Source: an uncultured Actinomycetes bacterium | GTDB lineage: Bacteria; Actinomycetota; UBA4738; HRBIN12 | Reading direction: 5' to 3' | DNA: 64,000 bases | Assembly: GCA_963713185.1 (NCBI GenBank) | Contig: CAVQKV010000004.1 | Span: 248,416 to 312,415 of the forward strand | In this document: piece by piece, positions 1 to 12,155 of the stretch | Numbering within the stretch: position 1 is the stretch's first letter | How the letters are laid out: each line of letters starts with the position of its first letter | The notes under the pieces: generated by a model | The model's input: only the letters and a program-made list of their open reading frames with translations | What the model was told of the DNA's origin: nothing | The model's database searches: none | Position numbers and translations under genes: made by a program

Positions 1-1046
1 GAGCTGGACGATGGCGCGCCCGATCGTTGCCTCGTCGGTCTCCTCGCGGACCATCGCCGCGCGGACCAGCCGCGCGATCCCGATGCCGGCCGCGCCGGCA
101 CCCACGAAGACGAACCGCTGTTCGGACAGGGGCTGGCGCAGGATCCGGAGCGATGACAAGATCCCGCCCACCACCACGGCGGACGTCCCCTGGATGTCGT
201 CGTTGAACGAGGTGATCCGGCGCCGGTAGCGGTCGAGCAGGCGGATCGCGTTGTGCTGCTTGAAGTCCTCCCACTGCAGGACGGCGTGCGGGAAGACCTC
301 GAGCACGCCCTCGACGAACGCCTCGATGAACGCGTCGTACGCCGGTCCGCGGAGCCGCGGGTGCCGGTAGCCGAGATACATCGGGTCGGACAAGAGGTCC
401 TCGTTGTCGGTTCCGACGTCGAGCGACACCGGGAGCGTGAGCGCCGGGTAGATCCCCGCGCCAGCCGTGTACAGGGCGAGCTTGCCGACCGGGATCCCCA
501 TCCCGCCCGCGCCCTGGTCGCCGAGGCCGAGGATCCGTTCGTTGTCGGTGGCGACGATCAGTCGGACGTCCTCGTGCCGGGCGTTGCGGAGCAGCTCGGG
601 GATCCGGCCAGCGTCGTTCGGCGTGAGCCACAGGCCGCGGGGACGCCGCAGGATATGGCTGTACTCCTGGCAGGCGCGCCCGACGACCGGCGTGTAGACG
701 ATCGGCAGGAGCTCCTCGAGGTGCTCGGTGAGCATGCGGTAGAAGAGCGTCTCGTTGCGATCCTGGAGCGCCGCGAGGCCGATGAACCGTTCGAGGTCGT
801 CCCCCTTGCGGCGGTTCTTCTCGATCTCGAGGTCGACCTGCTCCTCGATCGTGAGCACGCGCGTCGGCAGCAGGCCGTGCAGGCCGAAGGCGTCGCGCTC
901 GGCGTCGGTGAACGCGGTGTCCTTGTTGAGCAGCGGGTGTTCGAGCAGGTCGGACCCGCGCAGCGGGACCTCGGCGGTCTCGCCCGTCCGGAGGGCGCGG
1001 ACCCATGCGTGCTCGGTCTGACGGTCCGGTTCGGCGGTGAGCAGAC

Positions 1047-1050
<4 letters not shown>
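1..1050 (-). CDS. NAD-dependent malic enzyme (runs off window start)
   Basis: Manual translation: LLNKDTAFT...[11 protein letters not shown]...[28 protein letters not shown]...[11 protein letters not shown] overlaps the pntB stop (ATGA). Confidence 0.93.
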
Positions 1051-2449
<1,399 letters not shown>

Positions 2450-2453
<4 letters not shown>

Positions 2454-2776
2454 GCCGCCGCCCCCTTGCCGTGCGGGGGGCGTGGCGCGGGGGGCTCCCG
2501 GCGCTTGAACATCTTCAGCATCCGGTCGGTGATCAGGAACCCGGAGACGATGTTCGTCGTGGCGGCGAACACGGCGATCGCGCCGAGGATCGTGGCGAAT
2601 GTCGCCTCACCGGCCCCGGCAAGGACCAGGGATCCGACGATCGAGATCGCCGACAGCGCGTTGGTGAGCGACATCAGCGGCGTGTGTAGGAGCCCGGGGA
2701 CCCGCGTGATCACCGCGTACCCGAGGAAGGAGGCGAGCGCGAAGATGAACAGGCTGACCTCGAGCTCATTGGACAT
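2450..2776 (-). CDS. pntA: NAD(P) transhydrogenase alpha subunit, membrane part (PntAb)
   Basis: [13 protein letters not shown] and [16 protein letters not shown] motifs; overlaps pntB. Confidence 0.95.
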
Positions 2777-3950
2777 GACCGACCTCCGCCAAGCACTCGA
2801 CGACCCGCTTGTGAACGACCTCGCCGCCCCGTGCGACGAGCGTGCCTCGGATGATCTCGTCGTCCCGATCGGGGTCGATCCGCCCTTCCTGCACGACGTG
2901 GAGCAGGAAGGCCGTCATGTTCTTCGAGTACATGAGGCTCGCCTCGTGGGGGACGTGGGCGGCGAGGTTGGTCGGACCGAGGATCGTGACGCGGTTCTCG
3001 GTGACCACCCGGTGGTTGGCTCGGGTCAACGCGCAGTTGCCGCCTCGGTCGGCCGCCACGTCGACGATCACGGACCCGGGCTGCATCCCGGCGACCGCCT
3101 CGGCCGTGATCAGCTGTGGCGCCTTCTTCCCGGGGATCACCGCGGTCGTGATGACCACGTCCACGCCCTGAACGACCTGCGCCATCAGCTCCTGCTGTCG
3201 CTGGTAGAAGGCCTCGCCGAGCTCCTTCGCGTAGCCGCTGATGTCCTCCGCGTCGCCGGGCTCGAGCGGGAGCAGGACCGCACGCGCGCCGAGGCTCTCG
3301 ATGTCCTCCTGCGCCGCCGGCCGTACGTCGTACCCCTGGACGACCGCCCCGAGACGTCGCGCCGTGGCGATCGCCTGGAGGCCGGCCACGCCGGCACCGA
3401 CCACGAACACCTGCGCGGGGGGGACGGTGCCCGCGGCCGTGGTGAGCATCGGGAACATCTTCGGCAGCCGGTCCGCCGCCATCAGGACCGCCTTGTACCC
3501 CACGACCGTCATCTGTGACGACATCACGTCCATGCTCTGCGCCCGTGAGATCCGGGGCATGAAGTCCAGGGCGAACGCCAAGATCTTGGCCTCGGCGGCC
3601 TGGCTCACGCCCACCGGACACACGAGACAGTCGGCCATGCCCACGATGACCTGGTCCGGATGCATCCGCTCGACGTCCTCGCGACCCTTCTCGAGGTTGG
3701 CGCCGCAGGTCCGCACCTGGGCGATCACGTCGGCGTCGTAGACCTCGTCGCGGGTGCCGACCTGCGCGCCGTGCGCGAGGTAGGCATCGTCCGTGAAGCC
3801 CGCCGCGTCCCCAGCTCCGGTCTCGACGATGACCTCCAGGCCGGACTTCGTGAGCGCCGGTAGCACCGGTGGCGTAAGCGCCACGCGCGTCTCACCCGGG
3901 AACGTCTCCCGAGGCACTCCCACGCGCAATCGCTCGCCCTCCACGAGCAC
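2766..3950 (-). CDS. pntA: NAD(P) transhydrogenase alpha subunit, NAD-binding domain I (PntAa)
   Basis: C-terminal part of ORF 2766..5723: GVPRETFPGETRVALTP, PRISRAQSMDVMSS, GAGVAGLQAIATARRLGA. GTG start (3944 or 3950) is approximate. Confidence 0.93.
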   Translation of the reverse strand: MLVEGERLRVGVPRETFPGETRVALTPPVLPALTKSGLEVIVETGAGDAAGFTDDAYLAHGAQVGTRDEVYDADVIAQVRTCGANLEKGREDVERMHPDQVIVGMADCLVCPVGVSQAAEAKILAFALDFMPRISRAQSMDVMSSQMTVVGYKAVLMAADRLPKMFPMLTTAAGTVPPAQVFVVGAGVAGLQAIATARRLGAVVQGYDVRPAAQEDIESLGARAVLLPLEPGDAEDISGYAKELGEAFYQRQQELMAQVVQGVDVVITTAVIPGKKAPQLITAEAVAGMQPGSVIVDVAADRGGNCALTRANHRVVTENRVTILGPTNLAAHVPHEASLMYSKNMTAFLLHVVQEGRIDPDRDDEIIRGTLVARGGEVVHKRVVECLAEVGHVQ

Positions 3951-4051
3951 ACCGTCCCAGGAGCGGGGGCGACGCCTTAGGGCGGGGCGGCCCCTCGTGG
4001 CTGGGACATCCGGCCCGCCGCGATCCGGGGGCGTGACCTGCGGTTCTGGGT

Positions 4052-5707
4052 CTACCGGGCGAGTTCGCGACGGAGCGCCATCAGCGGCAGGGAGCCGAGC
4101 GCGAGCAGCCGGTCGTGGAACGCCGCGGAGCGAGAAGCCGTCCCCCTCGCGGTCGGCGGCGGCGGCGCGCTGGCGCTCGATCTCGAACTGCCCGATCTTG
4201 TACGACAACGCCTGGCCGGGCATCGTGATGTAGCGATCGGTCTCGATCGTCGGCCTCGACGTTCGGCAACCCCGCCTCCTCGAGGGTCGCGATCGCGCGC
4301 TCCCTCGGCCATCCGAGCGCGTGGATGCCGGTGTCGACGACCAGCCGCGCCGCCCGCATCCCCTGGAGGTCGAGCATGCCGAGGCGCTCCGACTCGTCCT
4401 GGTAAGGCCCATCTCGTCGGCGAGGCGCTCGCTGTACAGGCCCCATCCCTCCGTGAAGGCGCTGCCGGCCAGGAACCCGCCGAACCGGCGCAGCGGCGGG
4501 CCGCCCCTCCATCTCCTGCTCGAGCGCGATCTGGAAGTGGTGGCCCGGGGTTGGCCTCGTGGTAGGTGGTCGAGGCGAGCTGGTGCTTCGGCTTGCGCCC
4601 GAGGTCGAAGCCGTTGACGTAGTAGACGCCCGGCCGAGATCCGTCCTCGGTGGGCGGGTTGTAGAAGGCGAAGGGCATGTCGGCCTCGCGGAAGGCTTCG
4701 ACGAGCCGGACCTCGCAGTTGGCGCCCGGGACCCGGCCGAACCACGAGGGTGCCGCCTCCCAGCTCTTGCGGACCTGCTCCTCGGCGGCCGCCTTCAGGT
4801 CCTCGGGCGACGCGAAGCGGAACGCCGCGTCGGTCGCGATCGCGGCCTCCGCGGCGGCGGCGTCCGGATGGCCGAGGACCGCGGCCGAGCGCGCGCGCTC
4901 CTCCTGGATCGCCGACAGATCGCCGACGCCGAGCTCGTGGACCTCCGTGGCGCCGAGCTCGAGCGTCGTCCACGACAGGATCTGCGCCGCGTACATGGCG
5001 TCGCCCCCCGGGAGGGCCAGCAGGCCGATCGTCTCGGTCGCATGGGGCAGGTAGTCGCGGATCCCCTCCCGGTACCGCTCGAGCGCGGGGAGGAGGTACG
5101 TCCCGATCGCCTCGACGACCGGCGCCCGTCCCGCCGCGTCGTCCCCGCCGACCGGCGCGAGCGCCGGCGAGTCGTCGGCGCCGGCCCCGATGAGCCGCTC
5201 GGTCTGGGCGAGGGCACGGTCGGCGACGATCCGTGGCGCCGTGACGCCGTCGGCGATCCCCTCGCGCATGATCTCGAGCTCCGCGTCGTAGTAGGCGGGC
5301 ATCGCCGCGATCCGGGCCGCGTAGCGCTCGACCCGTTCGGGTGTGTCGGCCAGCTGGAGCGAGGCGAGCTCGCCCACCAACCCCGCCGGACCCCACAGGT
5401 GGCTCACGGCGGCCAGCCGATCCGTCCGGTGCTCCAGCGCGGCGAGGTCGCGGCGTGCGATCGCCTCGAGGATGTCCAGGCTGATCCGCAGGTCCTCGTC
5501 GAGCGCGTCGACCTCGAGCAGGCCGAGCTCCTCGAGGGCCCCGCGGTGCAGGCGCTCGCGGAACGCCCGGCCGTCCGGCCCCGGGTCGGGGAGCCGGTCG
5601 TCGTAGCGTTCGTCGCCGATCGCCGTCCCGAGTAGCGGCTCGGACTCGAGCAGCCCGTCCCAGTACCGCTCGATCAGGCGGGTCGCCGCCGCGCCGTCGT
5701 CTGCCAT
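4052..5707 (-). CDS. DUF885 family protein (frameshifted)
   Basis: AFYNPPTEDGSRPGVYYVN, HEANPGHH(FQI), AFTEGWGLYSE, RYITMPGQALSYKIG spread over three frames; several indels between about 4130 and 4550. Confidence 0.85.
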   Translation of the reverse strand: MADDGAAATRLIERYWDGLLESEPLLGTAIGDERYDDRLPDPGPDGRAFRERLHRGALEELGLLEVDALDEDLRISLDILEAIARRDLAALEHRTDRLAAVSHLWGPAGLVGELASLQLADTPERVERYAARIAAMPAYYDAELEIMREGIADGVTAPRIVADRALAQTERLIGAGADDSPALAPVGGDDAAGRAPVVEAIGTYLLPALERYREGIRDYLPHATETIGLLALPGGDAMYAAQILSWTTLELGATEVHELGVGDLSAIQEERARSAAVLGHPDAAAAEAAIATDAAFRFASPEDLKAAAEEQVRKSWEAAPSWFGRVPGANCEVRLVEAFREADMPFAFYNPPTEDGSRPGVYYVNGFDLGRKPKHQLASTTYHEANPGPPLPDRARAGDGGAARRCAGSAGSWPAAPSRRDGACTASASPTRWALPGRVGAPRHARPPGDAGGAAGRRHRHPRARMAEGARDRDPRGGGVAERRGRRSRPIATSRCPARRCRTRSGSSRSSASAPPPPTARGTASRSAAFHDRLLALGSLPLMALRRELAR

Positions 5708-5867
5708 CGTTCCGTCCTCCCACCCGGCGGTTCCCCGCGTAGGGCCGCCCATCCTAGCGGACCGAACTTCGCCGACACGGTCGAGCCGGACCGCTCACGG
5801 ACCGAACCTTGGGACGGGTCCCGACGTTGTCTTGTCTCGGGTCCGGTCTGCGCAGGGGGGATGGAGG

Positions 5868-6863
5868 ATGCGGTCGTTCGTCGCGCGCGGGTTCGCGTTG
5901 CTCGCTGTGTCCGGGCTCGCGGTCTGCGTCCGCTCGCCCGAGGTCGTGGGGACCGCGGGGCACGACCCGGCGCCCCCCGAGGCATCGCGGCTCGATGCCG
6001 CGGTCGTGGGGCCTGCCCGTGGCCCCTCGATCCCGGGTGCGGATGCGAGCGCCGACCGCAGGTCATCCGCGAGGACCGCGCCGTACGTGGGTCTGGGGAC
6101 CTGGATCGACATCTACGACACCGACGTGTGGGAGCACCCGGTGCACGAGGTCCGCGCCATGGCCGCCCACGGCATCCGGACGATCTACCTGCAGACCTCC
6201 AACTACAACCGGAACCGGCCGTTCGTGTATCGCGGAGGCGTCGAGGCGATCGTGGACGCGGCGCACCGGCGGGGGCTCGAGGTGGTGGCCTGGTACCTGC
6301 CCGGGTTCCGCGACCTCCCGGCCGACCTCCGGCGCACGGTACGGTCGATCCGGTTCGAGACGGCCCGCGGCAACCGGTTCGACTCGTTCGCCCTCGACAT
6401 CGAGTCGCCGGAGGTCCGCCGGCCGAGCCTCCGGACCGCGCGGCTCCTCCGCCTTTCGGCCACGATCCGTCGCGAGGCGGGCGCCGACTACCCGCTCGGC
6501 GCCATCGTGGCCTCGCCGGACCGGCTGGTTCGGACCGAGCCGCACTTTTGGCCGGGCTTCCCGTGGCGCCGCCTCGCCGACACCTACGACGTCTTCCTTC
6601 CGATGACGTACTACACCTACCGGGTCCGGGGACCGCGCGCCGCGGCCTGGTACACGGCGCAGAACGTGCGCATCATCCGGCAGCAGACCGCGGGCCTGAA
6701 CGTGCCGATCCACGTCGTCGGAGGGATCTCCTTCGATGCGACCGGGCCCGAGACCCAAGGCTTCGTCCACGGCGTCCTGGACCGCGACGTGATCGGGGCG
6801 AGCTACTACACCTTCCCGGGGATCACGCTCGATCAGTGGAAGGCGCTCAGCGCTCTCCGCTGA
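5868..6863 (+). CDS. Secreted TIM-barrel glycoside-hydrolase-like protein
   Basis: Hydrophobic N-terminus; GH18-like FDSFALDIES and FLPMTYY segments. Family uncertain. Confidence 0.55.
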   Translation: MRSFVARGFALLAVSGLAVCVRSPEVVGTAGHDPAPPEASRLDAAVVGPARGPSIPGADASADRRSSARTAPYVGLGTWIDIYDTDVWEHPVHEVRAMAAHGIRTIYLQTSNYNRNRPFVYRGGVEAIVDAAHRRGLEVVAWYLPGFRDLPADLRRTVRSIRFETARGNRFDSFALDIESPEVRRPSLRTARLLRLSATIRREAGADYPLGAIVASPDRLVRTEPHFWPGFPWRRLADTYDVFLPMTYYTYRVRGPRAAAWYTAQNVRIIRQQTAGLNVPIHVVGGISFDATGPETQGFVHGVLDRDVIGASYYTFPGITLDQWKALSALR

Positions 6864-6866
6864 GGC

Positions 6867-7873
6867 CTACCCGACCCATCCGAAGTGGCGCCGGCGGACA
6901 TCGGCCTTCGTCGAGTCGTCGAGGAAGCTCGCCTCGATCGCGTTCGCGGTGACGCGGCGGAGGTCGTCGTCGGAGAACCCCAGGTGCTCGACGCAGGTCT
7001 CCAGCTCGCCCGTGAGGTCGATGGCGAACAGCCCGGGGTTGTCGGTGTTGATCGTGACCGAGACGTCCTGGTCAAGCAGCCGCCGCGCCGGATGGTGGGG
7101 GAGGTCGGTCACCGCGTGCGTCCGCAGGTTCGACGTCGGACACATCTCGAGCGTCACGCCCCGGTCGCGGACCAGCGCCGTCACCTCTGGGTCGTCGGCC
7201 ACGCTCACCCCGTGACCCAGGCGCTCAGAGCCGAGCACCTCGACGGCCTCCCGCGGGAACGCGGGCCCGCCCGACTCGCCGTAGTGCGTCGTGAGCCGCA
7301 GGCCCGAGCCCGCGAGCCCCGCGACGACGTCGGCGTACAGGGACGGCGGGTAGGCCCGCTCGTCGCCCGCGAGGTCGAAGGCCACCAGATGGTCGCGGTG
7401 GCGCAGCGCGAACGCGGCCGTCCGCTCGGCCGAGTCCATGCCGTAGTTGCGACTCGCGATCGCGATCAGCCCGACCGCGACGTCGAACGCTCGCGCGCCG
7501 CGCTCGACCCCCCGGGCGATCGCCGCCATCGCACCGTCCCAGTCCAGGCCGTGGGGCAGGCACAGGAACCCGGGCGAGAACCTGAGCTCGGCCAGGCGGA
7601 CGCCGTCCGCGGCGAGGTCCTCGACCGCCTCGAACGCGATCCGTTCGGCCGCCGCCTCGTCGAAGAAGGCGCCCTGCGCGAGCTCGAACCGGCCAGGACG
7701 GCCTCGAGGGAGGCCATCGGCGCCAGGACCTGCGCGCGATCCGCGAGCTCGGCCGGCGTGGATTCCGCGAGTGGGTCGCCGGCCTCGCGGTACAGGTCGA
7801 TCAGGGTCTGGAGGCGGATCGCGCCCTCGAGGTGGCGGTGCAGGTCGACCTTCGCCACGGCTTTGAGATCCAC
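6867..7873 (-). CDS. add: Adenosine deaminase (frameshift near 7690)
   Basis: KVDLHRHLEGAIR, HYGESGG, RLGHG, LEMCPTSN and INTDNPG motifs. Confidence 0.88.
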
Positions 7874-7912
7874 GGCCCTAGCAATAGCATGCGGGGCGAC
7901 CGAAGGGGGACG

Positions 7913-8716
7913 ATGCTGCTCCAGGGCAAGAAGCTGCTCGTGACGGGCGTGCTGACGCGCGAGTCGATCGCGTACGCGGCGGCGCAGGCCCTGCAGGAGA
8001 AGGGTGCCGAGATCGTCCTCACGTCGTTCGGCCGGGCGATGGGCCTGACCGAGAAGGTCTCGAGGCGCCTGCCGGAGCCCGCCGACGTCCTGGAGATGGA
8101 CGCGAACGACCCCGCCCACATCGAGGCCGTGTCGGCCGAGATCGGCTCGCGCTGGGGGCGGCTCGACGGGTTCCTCCACGCGATCGCGTTCGCCCCGCAG
8201 GACGCGCTCGGCGGCAACTTCCTGCAGACCCCGTGGGAGAGCGTTGGGACCGCGATCCAGACGAGCGCGTACTCTCTGAAGGCCATCGCGGTCGGGCTGC
8301 TGCCGCACATGCGTGAGCACGGCGGGGCGATCGTCTCGCTCGACTTCGACGCTCGGGTCGCTTGGCCCGTCTACGACTGGATGGGCGTGGCGAAGGCCTC
8401 GCTCGAGTCGGTGACGCGGTACCTGGCCCGCGATCTGGGCCCGCACGCGATCCGGGTGAACACGGTCTCGGCCGGCCCGCTGCGCACGATGGCGGGCAAG
8501 GGCATCCCGGGGTTCCAGGCCCTGGCCGACGGGTGGAGCGCGCGGGCGCCCCTCGGCTGGAACATGAGCGACGCGAGCCCGATCGCGGACACGATCGTCT
8601 TCCTGCTGTCGGATCTCTCGCGGGGGATCACGGGCGAGATGGTGCACGTCGACGGCGGCTACCACGCGATGGGCGCCGCCCCCCCGCACGAGGCCCCGGG
8701 CACCGCGCGCGCCTAG
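7913..8716 (+). CDS. fabI: Enoyl-ACP reductase (FabI/InhA type)
   Basis: LLQGKKLLVTGV...SIAY, YDWMGVAKASLES, VSAGPLRT, VHVDGG. Confidence 0.93.
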   Translation: MLLQGKKLLVTGVLTRESIAYAAAQALQEKGAEIVLTSFGRAMGLTEKVSRRLPEPADVLEMDANDPAHIEAVSAEIGSRWGRLDGFLHAIAFAPQDALGGNFLQTPWESVGTAIQTSAYSLKAIAVGLLPHMREHGGAIVSLDFDARVAWPVYDWMGVAKASLESVTRYLARDLGPHAIRVNTVSAGPLRTMAGKGIPGFQALADGWSARAPLGWNMSDASPIADTIVFLLSDLSRGITGEMVHVDGGYHAMGAAPPHEAPGTARA

Positions 8717-10545
8717 CGGAGCGCGATCCCCGCCTCGAGCGCGAGCGCCTTCTGCGCGCGCGCGATGATGCGGAACGCCTCCTTCAGTCCCTGCCGGGCA
8801 ACGCCGCCGAGCTCCTTCGGGTCGACGAAGTCGTCCGGCGCCTGCCCCGAGCGGAGCTGCTCGACGTGGTGGTGGAGCCGGACCTCCCACAGGAACCGGA
8901 ACGCCTCCTCGAGCCCCTCGCGGGTCTCGGCGTCGATCGCGCCCGCCCCCTCCGCGGCCCGCAGCCGGTCGATCGTCCGCTTCGCCGTGACGCCTGAGCG
9001 GATCGCGCAGGCCCGCGCGATGTTGCCCACGATGAGGATCCCCCCGTGCTTGAGGTCCACGGTCCCGGGGTGCTCGCCGCCGTGCTCCACGATCAGGCCG
9101 CGCACGAACCCGATCGGCGGCCGCAGGTCGAGGGCCCGCCGGACCAGGTTCTGGAGGAACGTCGGCCGCTCGACGGCGGCGGCCATCGCCCCGTCCAGGG
9201 CGACGTCCGCCTCGAGCGCGCCCGCGACGCGCCGGAAGTCGAAGATGATCGACAGCTGCTCGCTCGCCTTCGGGCTCTCCTCGCGCATCCAGTGGTCGAA
9301 CCGCCGCAGCCAGTCCTCCACGGGCAGGCGCAGCGCTTCGTTCGTCGCCATGACGTTGCCGCGGCACCGTTCGAACCCCGCGTCCTCCAGGCCCGCGGTC
9401 ACGAACTCGGCGAGCGGCGCCAGCGAAGGATCCGCCGTCTCCCGGTCGCCCTCGAACGCGAACGCGTGGTCCTGGTCGGTGCGGATCGCCTGCTCCTGGC
9501 GGGCGGCGCTTCCGAGCGCGAGCCACGCCCACGGGACCGGCGGCTCCCCGTGCGCGGCGATCGCGAGCTCGAGCAGCCGTCGGGTCGCGGCGTCGATCGC
9601 GAACGCGATCACGTGACCGACGTCGACCGGGTCGGCGCTCGAGTCGACGAGCGCGGTGATCACGTTCGGGAGCTCGGCGATCGCGGCGGTGACCCCGTCG
9701 CGATCGGGTGCGCGCTCGACCGCGCTCTTAAGCGCGAACGGCGTGTTGCGCCCGATCCCCATCAGGTCCGTGTCGGTCACCACCCCGACCACCGCCGCCC
9801 CCGGGTCGGCGATCGGGAAGTGGTGGAACCCGCCCTCGAGCATCCGGAGCAGCACCTCGCCCACCATCGTGTCCGACGGCACGGTCTCGGCCCGGGGCGT
9901 CATCACCTCGCCGACGGGTGTGTCGCCGCTTCGGCGCTGCGCGACCACCCGCGAGCGCAGGTCGCGGTCGGTCAGGATGCCGACGTCGCCGTCGGCCGAC
10001 GGGATCAACAGGCATGAGACGCGTTCGCGCGCCATGAGGTCGGCCGCTTCGGCGACGGGCGTCGCGGGATCGCACGTGACGGGCGGCCGTCGGACGAGCG
10101 CGCCGACCTCCCGGTAGCGGACCAGGTCGATCTCGCTCTTCAGGGTCTCGTCGACCCGGGCGATCCGTCGTCGGACGCTCGCGGCGACGAACGCGACCCC
10201 GGCGCCCGAACGCAGGACCTCGTTCGCGACGGCGGCGTCGATCAGGTAGCAGAGCGTGTCCTCGGACGCGCGGACGGTCGCCGTCGGCGCGACCTGCCCG
10301 AGCAGCGACCACATCCCGAAGACGTCGCCCTCGCCGATCTCGTCGATCACGCGGCCGTCGTCGACGATCTCGGCCTCGCCGCGGCGCACGACGAACAGGT
10401 GCGTCGCCGGGGCGCCGGCCTGCTGCAGGATCAGGGTGCCCGGGGCGAAGTGCTCGATCTGGACGTTCGAGACGACCCGGTCCAGCTCGTCCGCGCTCAG
10501 GGCGTCGAACGGCGGATGCTCGGCCAGGAACGAGCGGACGTCCAC
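8713..10545 (-). CDS. cNMP-binding/CBS/DUF294 nucleotidyltransferase-like protein
   Basis: cNMP domain (HPPF, GEGDVFG), CBS pair (GILTDRDLR), LGSAARQEQ..TDQD, VDLKHGG. Confidence 0.9.
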   Translation of the reverse strand: MDVRSFLAEHPPFDALSADELDRVVSNVQIEHFAPGTLILQQAGAPATHLFVVRRGEAEIVDDGRVIDEIGEGDVFGMWSLLGQVAPTATVRASEDTLCYLIDAAVANEVLRSGAGVAFVAASVRRRIARVDETLKSEIDLVRYREVGALVRRPPVTCDPATPVAEAADLMARERVSCLLIPSADGDVGILTDRDLRSRVVAQRRSGDTPVGEVMTPRAETVPSDTMVGEVLLRMLEGGFHHFPIADPGAAVVGVVTDTDLMGIGRNTPFALKSAVERAPDRDGVTAAIAELPNVITALVDSSADPVDVGHVIAFAIDAATRRLLELAIAAHGEPPVPWAWLALGSAARQEQAIRTDQDHAFAFEGDRETADPSLAPLAEFVTAGLEDAGFERCRGNVMATNEALRLPVEDWLRRFDHWMREESPKASEQLSIIFDFRRVAGALEADVALDGAMAAAVERPTFLQNLVRRALDLRPPIGFVRGLIVEHGGEHPGTVDLKHGGILIVGNIARACAIRSGVTAKRTIDRLRAAEGAGAIDAETREGLEEAFRFLWEVRLHHHVEQLRSGQAPDDFVDPKELGGVARQGLKEAFRIIARAQKALALEAGIALR

Positions 10546-10621
10546 GCCGGGAGCCTACGCCGGTCGAGGCGTCGGCCGGAACCATGGGGCCGGCCCCGGG
10601 GTCTGCCACACCGAGGACCCG

Positions 10622-10661
10622 TGAGCGATCCCGGATGAGCGATCCCGGATGAGCGATCCCG
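10622..10661 (+). repeat. 14-bp tandem repeat (TGAGCGATCCCGGA, about 2.9 copies) spanning a start codon
   Basis: gTGAGCGATCCCGGA TGAGCGATCCCGGA TGAGCGATCCCG read directly. Confidence 0.9.
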
Positions 10662-12155
10662 AACTCCCGATCCCGCTCGGCCCGTGCTCGAACGGCGAGT
10701 ACGAGCCCGTCCCGCCGACGCCGGTCGTGCGCGAGGCGCGGCGCCGAGCCCTCGAGACGACCCGCGCAAACGCGTCCCGGCTCGGGCTCTCCCGCCGGAT
10801 GTTCCTGCGCTCGCTCTGCGCGGCGTCGACCGTGCTGCTCGCGCTCGACGCGTGCACGCGCGAGGCGCACCGCGCGGCGCCCGACGTGCCGACGTCGGGC
10901 CCCGGCGGCGGGTTCGAGATCCCACCGGAGGCCACCACCGAGCCCGCGGCGGCCGAGGAGGCCGTGGCGGGCGAGGAGTTCGTCATGGACGTGCAGGGCC
11001 ACCTGCTCGAGTACGACCTCAACCCCGTCTTCCACGGCCAGGACTTCTTACGCGGCGTTCCCCCAGCAGGACTGCGGCGAGGACGACCCGAGGGTGTGCT
11101 TCTCGATCGAGCACTTCCTCGAGGCATTCTTCATCCGCAGCGATACGAACGTCGTCGTGCTCTCGGCGCTGCCGATCTACCCGGAAGGCTCGCCCCTGTC
11201 ACCCCAGATCATGGCCGAGACCCGTCGCATCGTGGAGGGGCTGTGCCGCGACGAACGGATCCTGCTCCACGGCCAGGTGCTCCCGAACGTCGGCTCGCTC
11301 GGCTCGGTCCTCCGCGGTATGGAGGACAGCGCGAGCCGCTACCCGATCCGCGCCTGGAAGACGTTCACGCACTTCCCCGACTTCTTCGAGCCGGGCGGAG
11401 GGGGCTGGTGGTTGGACGACCACGAACGCGGGCTCCCCGCGGTCGGCGAGCCGTTCATCCGCCGGAGCCTCGAGCTCGGCATCTCGACGGTCTGCGTGCA
11501 CAAGGGGTTGTCGGGCGGAAGCAGGTTCGCATCGCCGATGGACGTCGGCCCGGCGGCCCGCCGGCACCCCGACGCGAACCTCGTCGTGTACCACTCGGGC
11601 TTCGAGACCGGCACGTTCGAGGGCCCGTACACCGCGGCGACCGCCGAGGCCGGCGTGAACCGGCTGATCGCCTCGCTCGAACGCGCGGGAATCGGACCGA
11701 ACGAGAACGTGTACGCCGAGCTCGGCACGACGTGGTGGAACCTGTTGCGCACGCCGACCCAGGCCGCGCACGTGCTCGGCAAGCTGCTGAAGCACGTAGG
11801 CGAGGACAACGTCGTCTGGGGCACCGACTGCCTGTTCTACGGATCGCCCCAGCCGCAGATCCAGGCGTTCCGGACATTCACGATCTCGAACGAGTTCCAG
11901 GAGCGGTACGGCTACCCCGAGCTCACCAAGGAGCTCAAGTCGAAGGTGCTCGGGCGCAACGCCGCGCGGCTGTACGGGATCCAGCCCGTGCCGCCGCGAT
12001 GCGACTTCACCCGTCGTCAGCTGGCGAAGATCCGCGAGGAGCTGCGTGACGGCGATCGCGTGCTCGGGCCGGCCACCTTCGTCGCCTCGGCCAACGTTCG
12101 CGAACACCACCGGATGGAGGTGTCGAGCGCCTCCGATGGCGCGAGGTCGGACTAG
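10649..12155 (+). CDS. Amidohydrolase-2 family protein with Tat-like motif (frameshift near 11050)
   Basis: SNGEY N-terminus, LSRRMFLRS, MDVQGH, VCVHKG, VVYHSG, VWGTD. Confidence 0.8.

Noticed and set aside
2766-5723. 985-aa fusion ORF and similar long Arg/Pro-rich ORFs (e.g. 7466-9532, 29643-31874, 41476-43524)
   Set aside because: These are shadow frames of high-GC DNA joined to real genes by missing stops or indels; only the motif-bearing parts were annotated.
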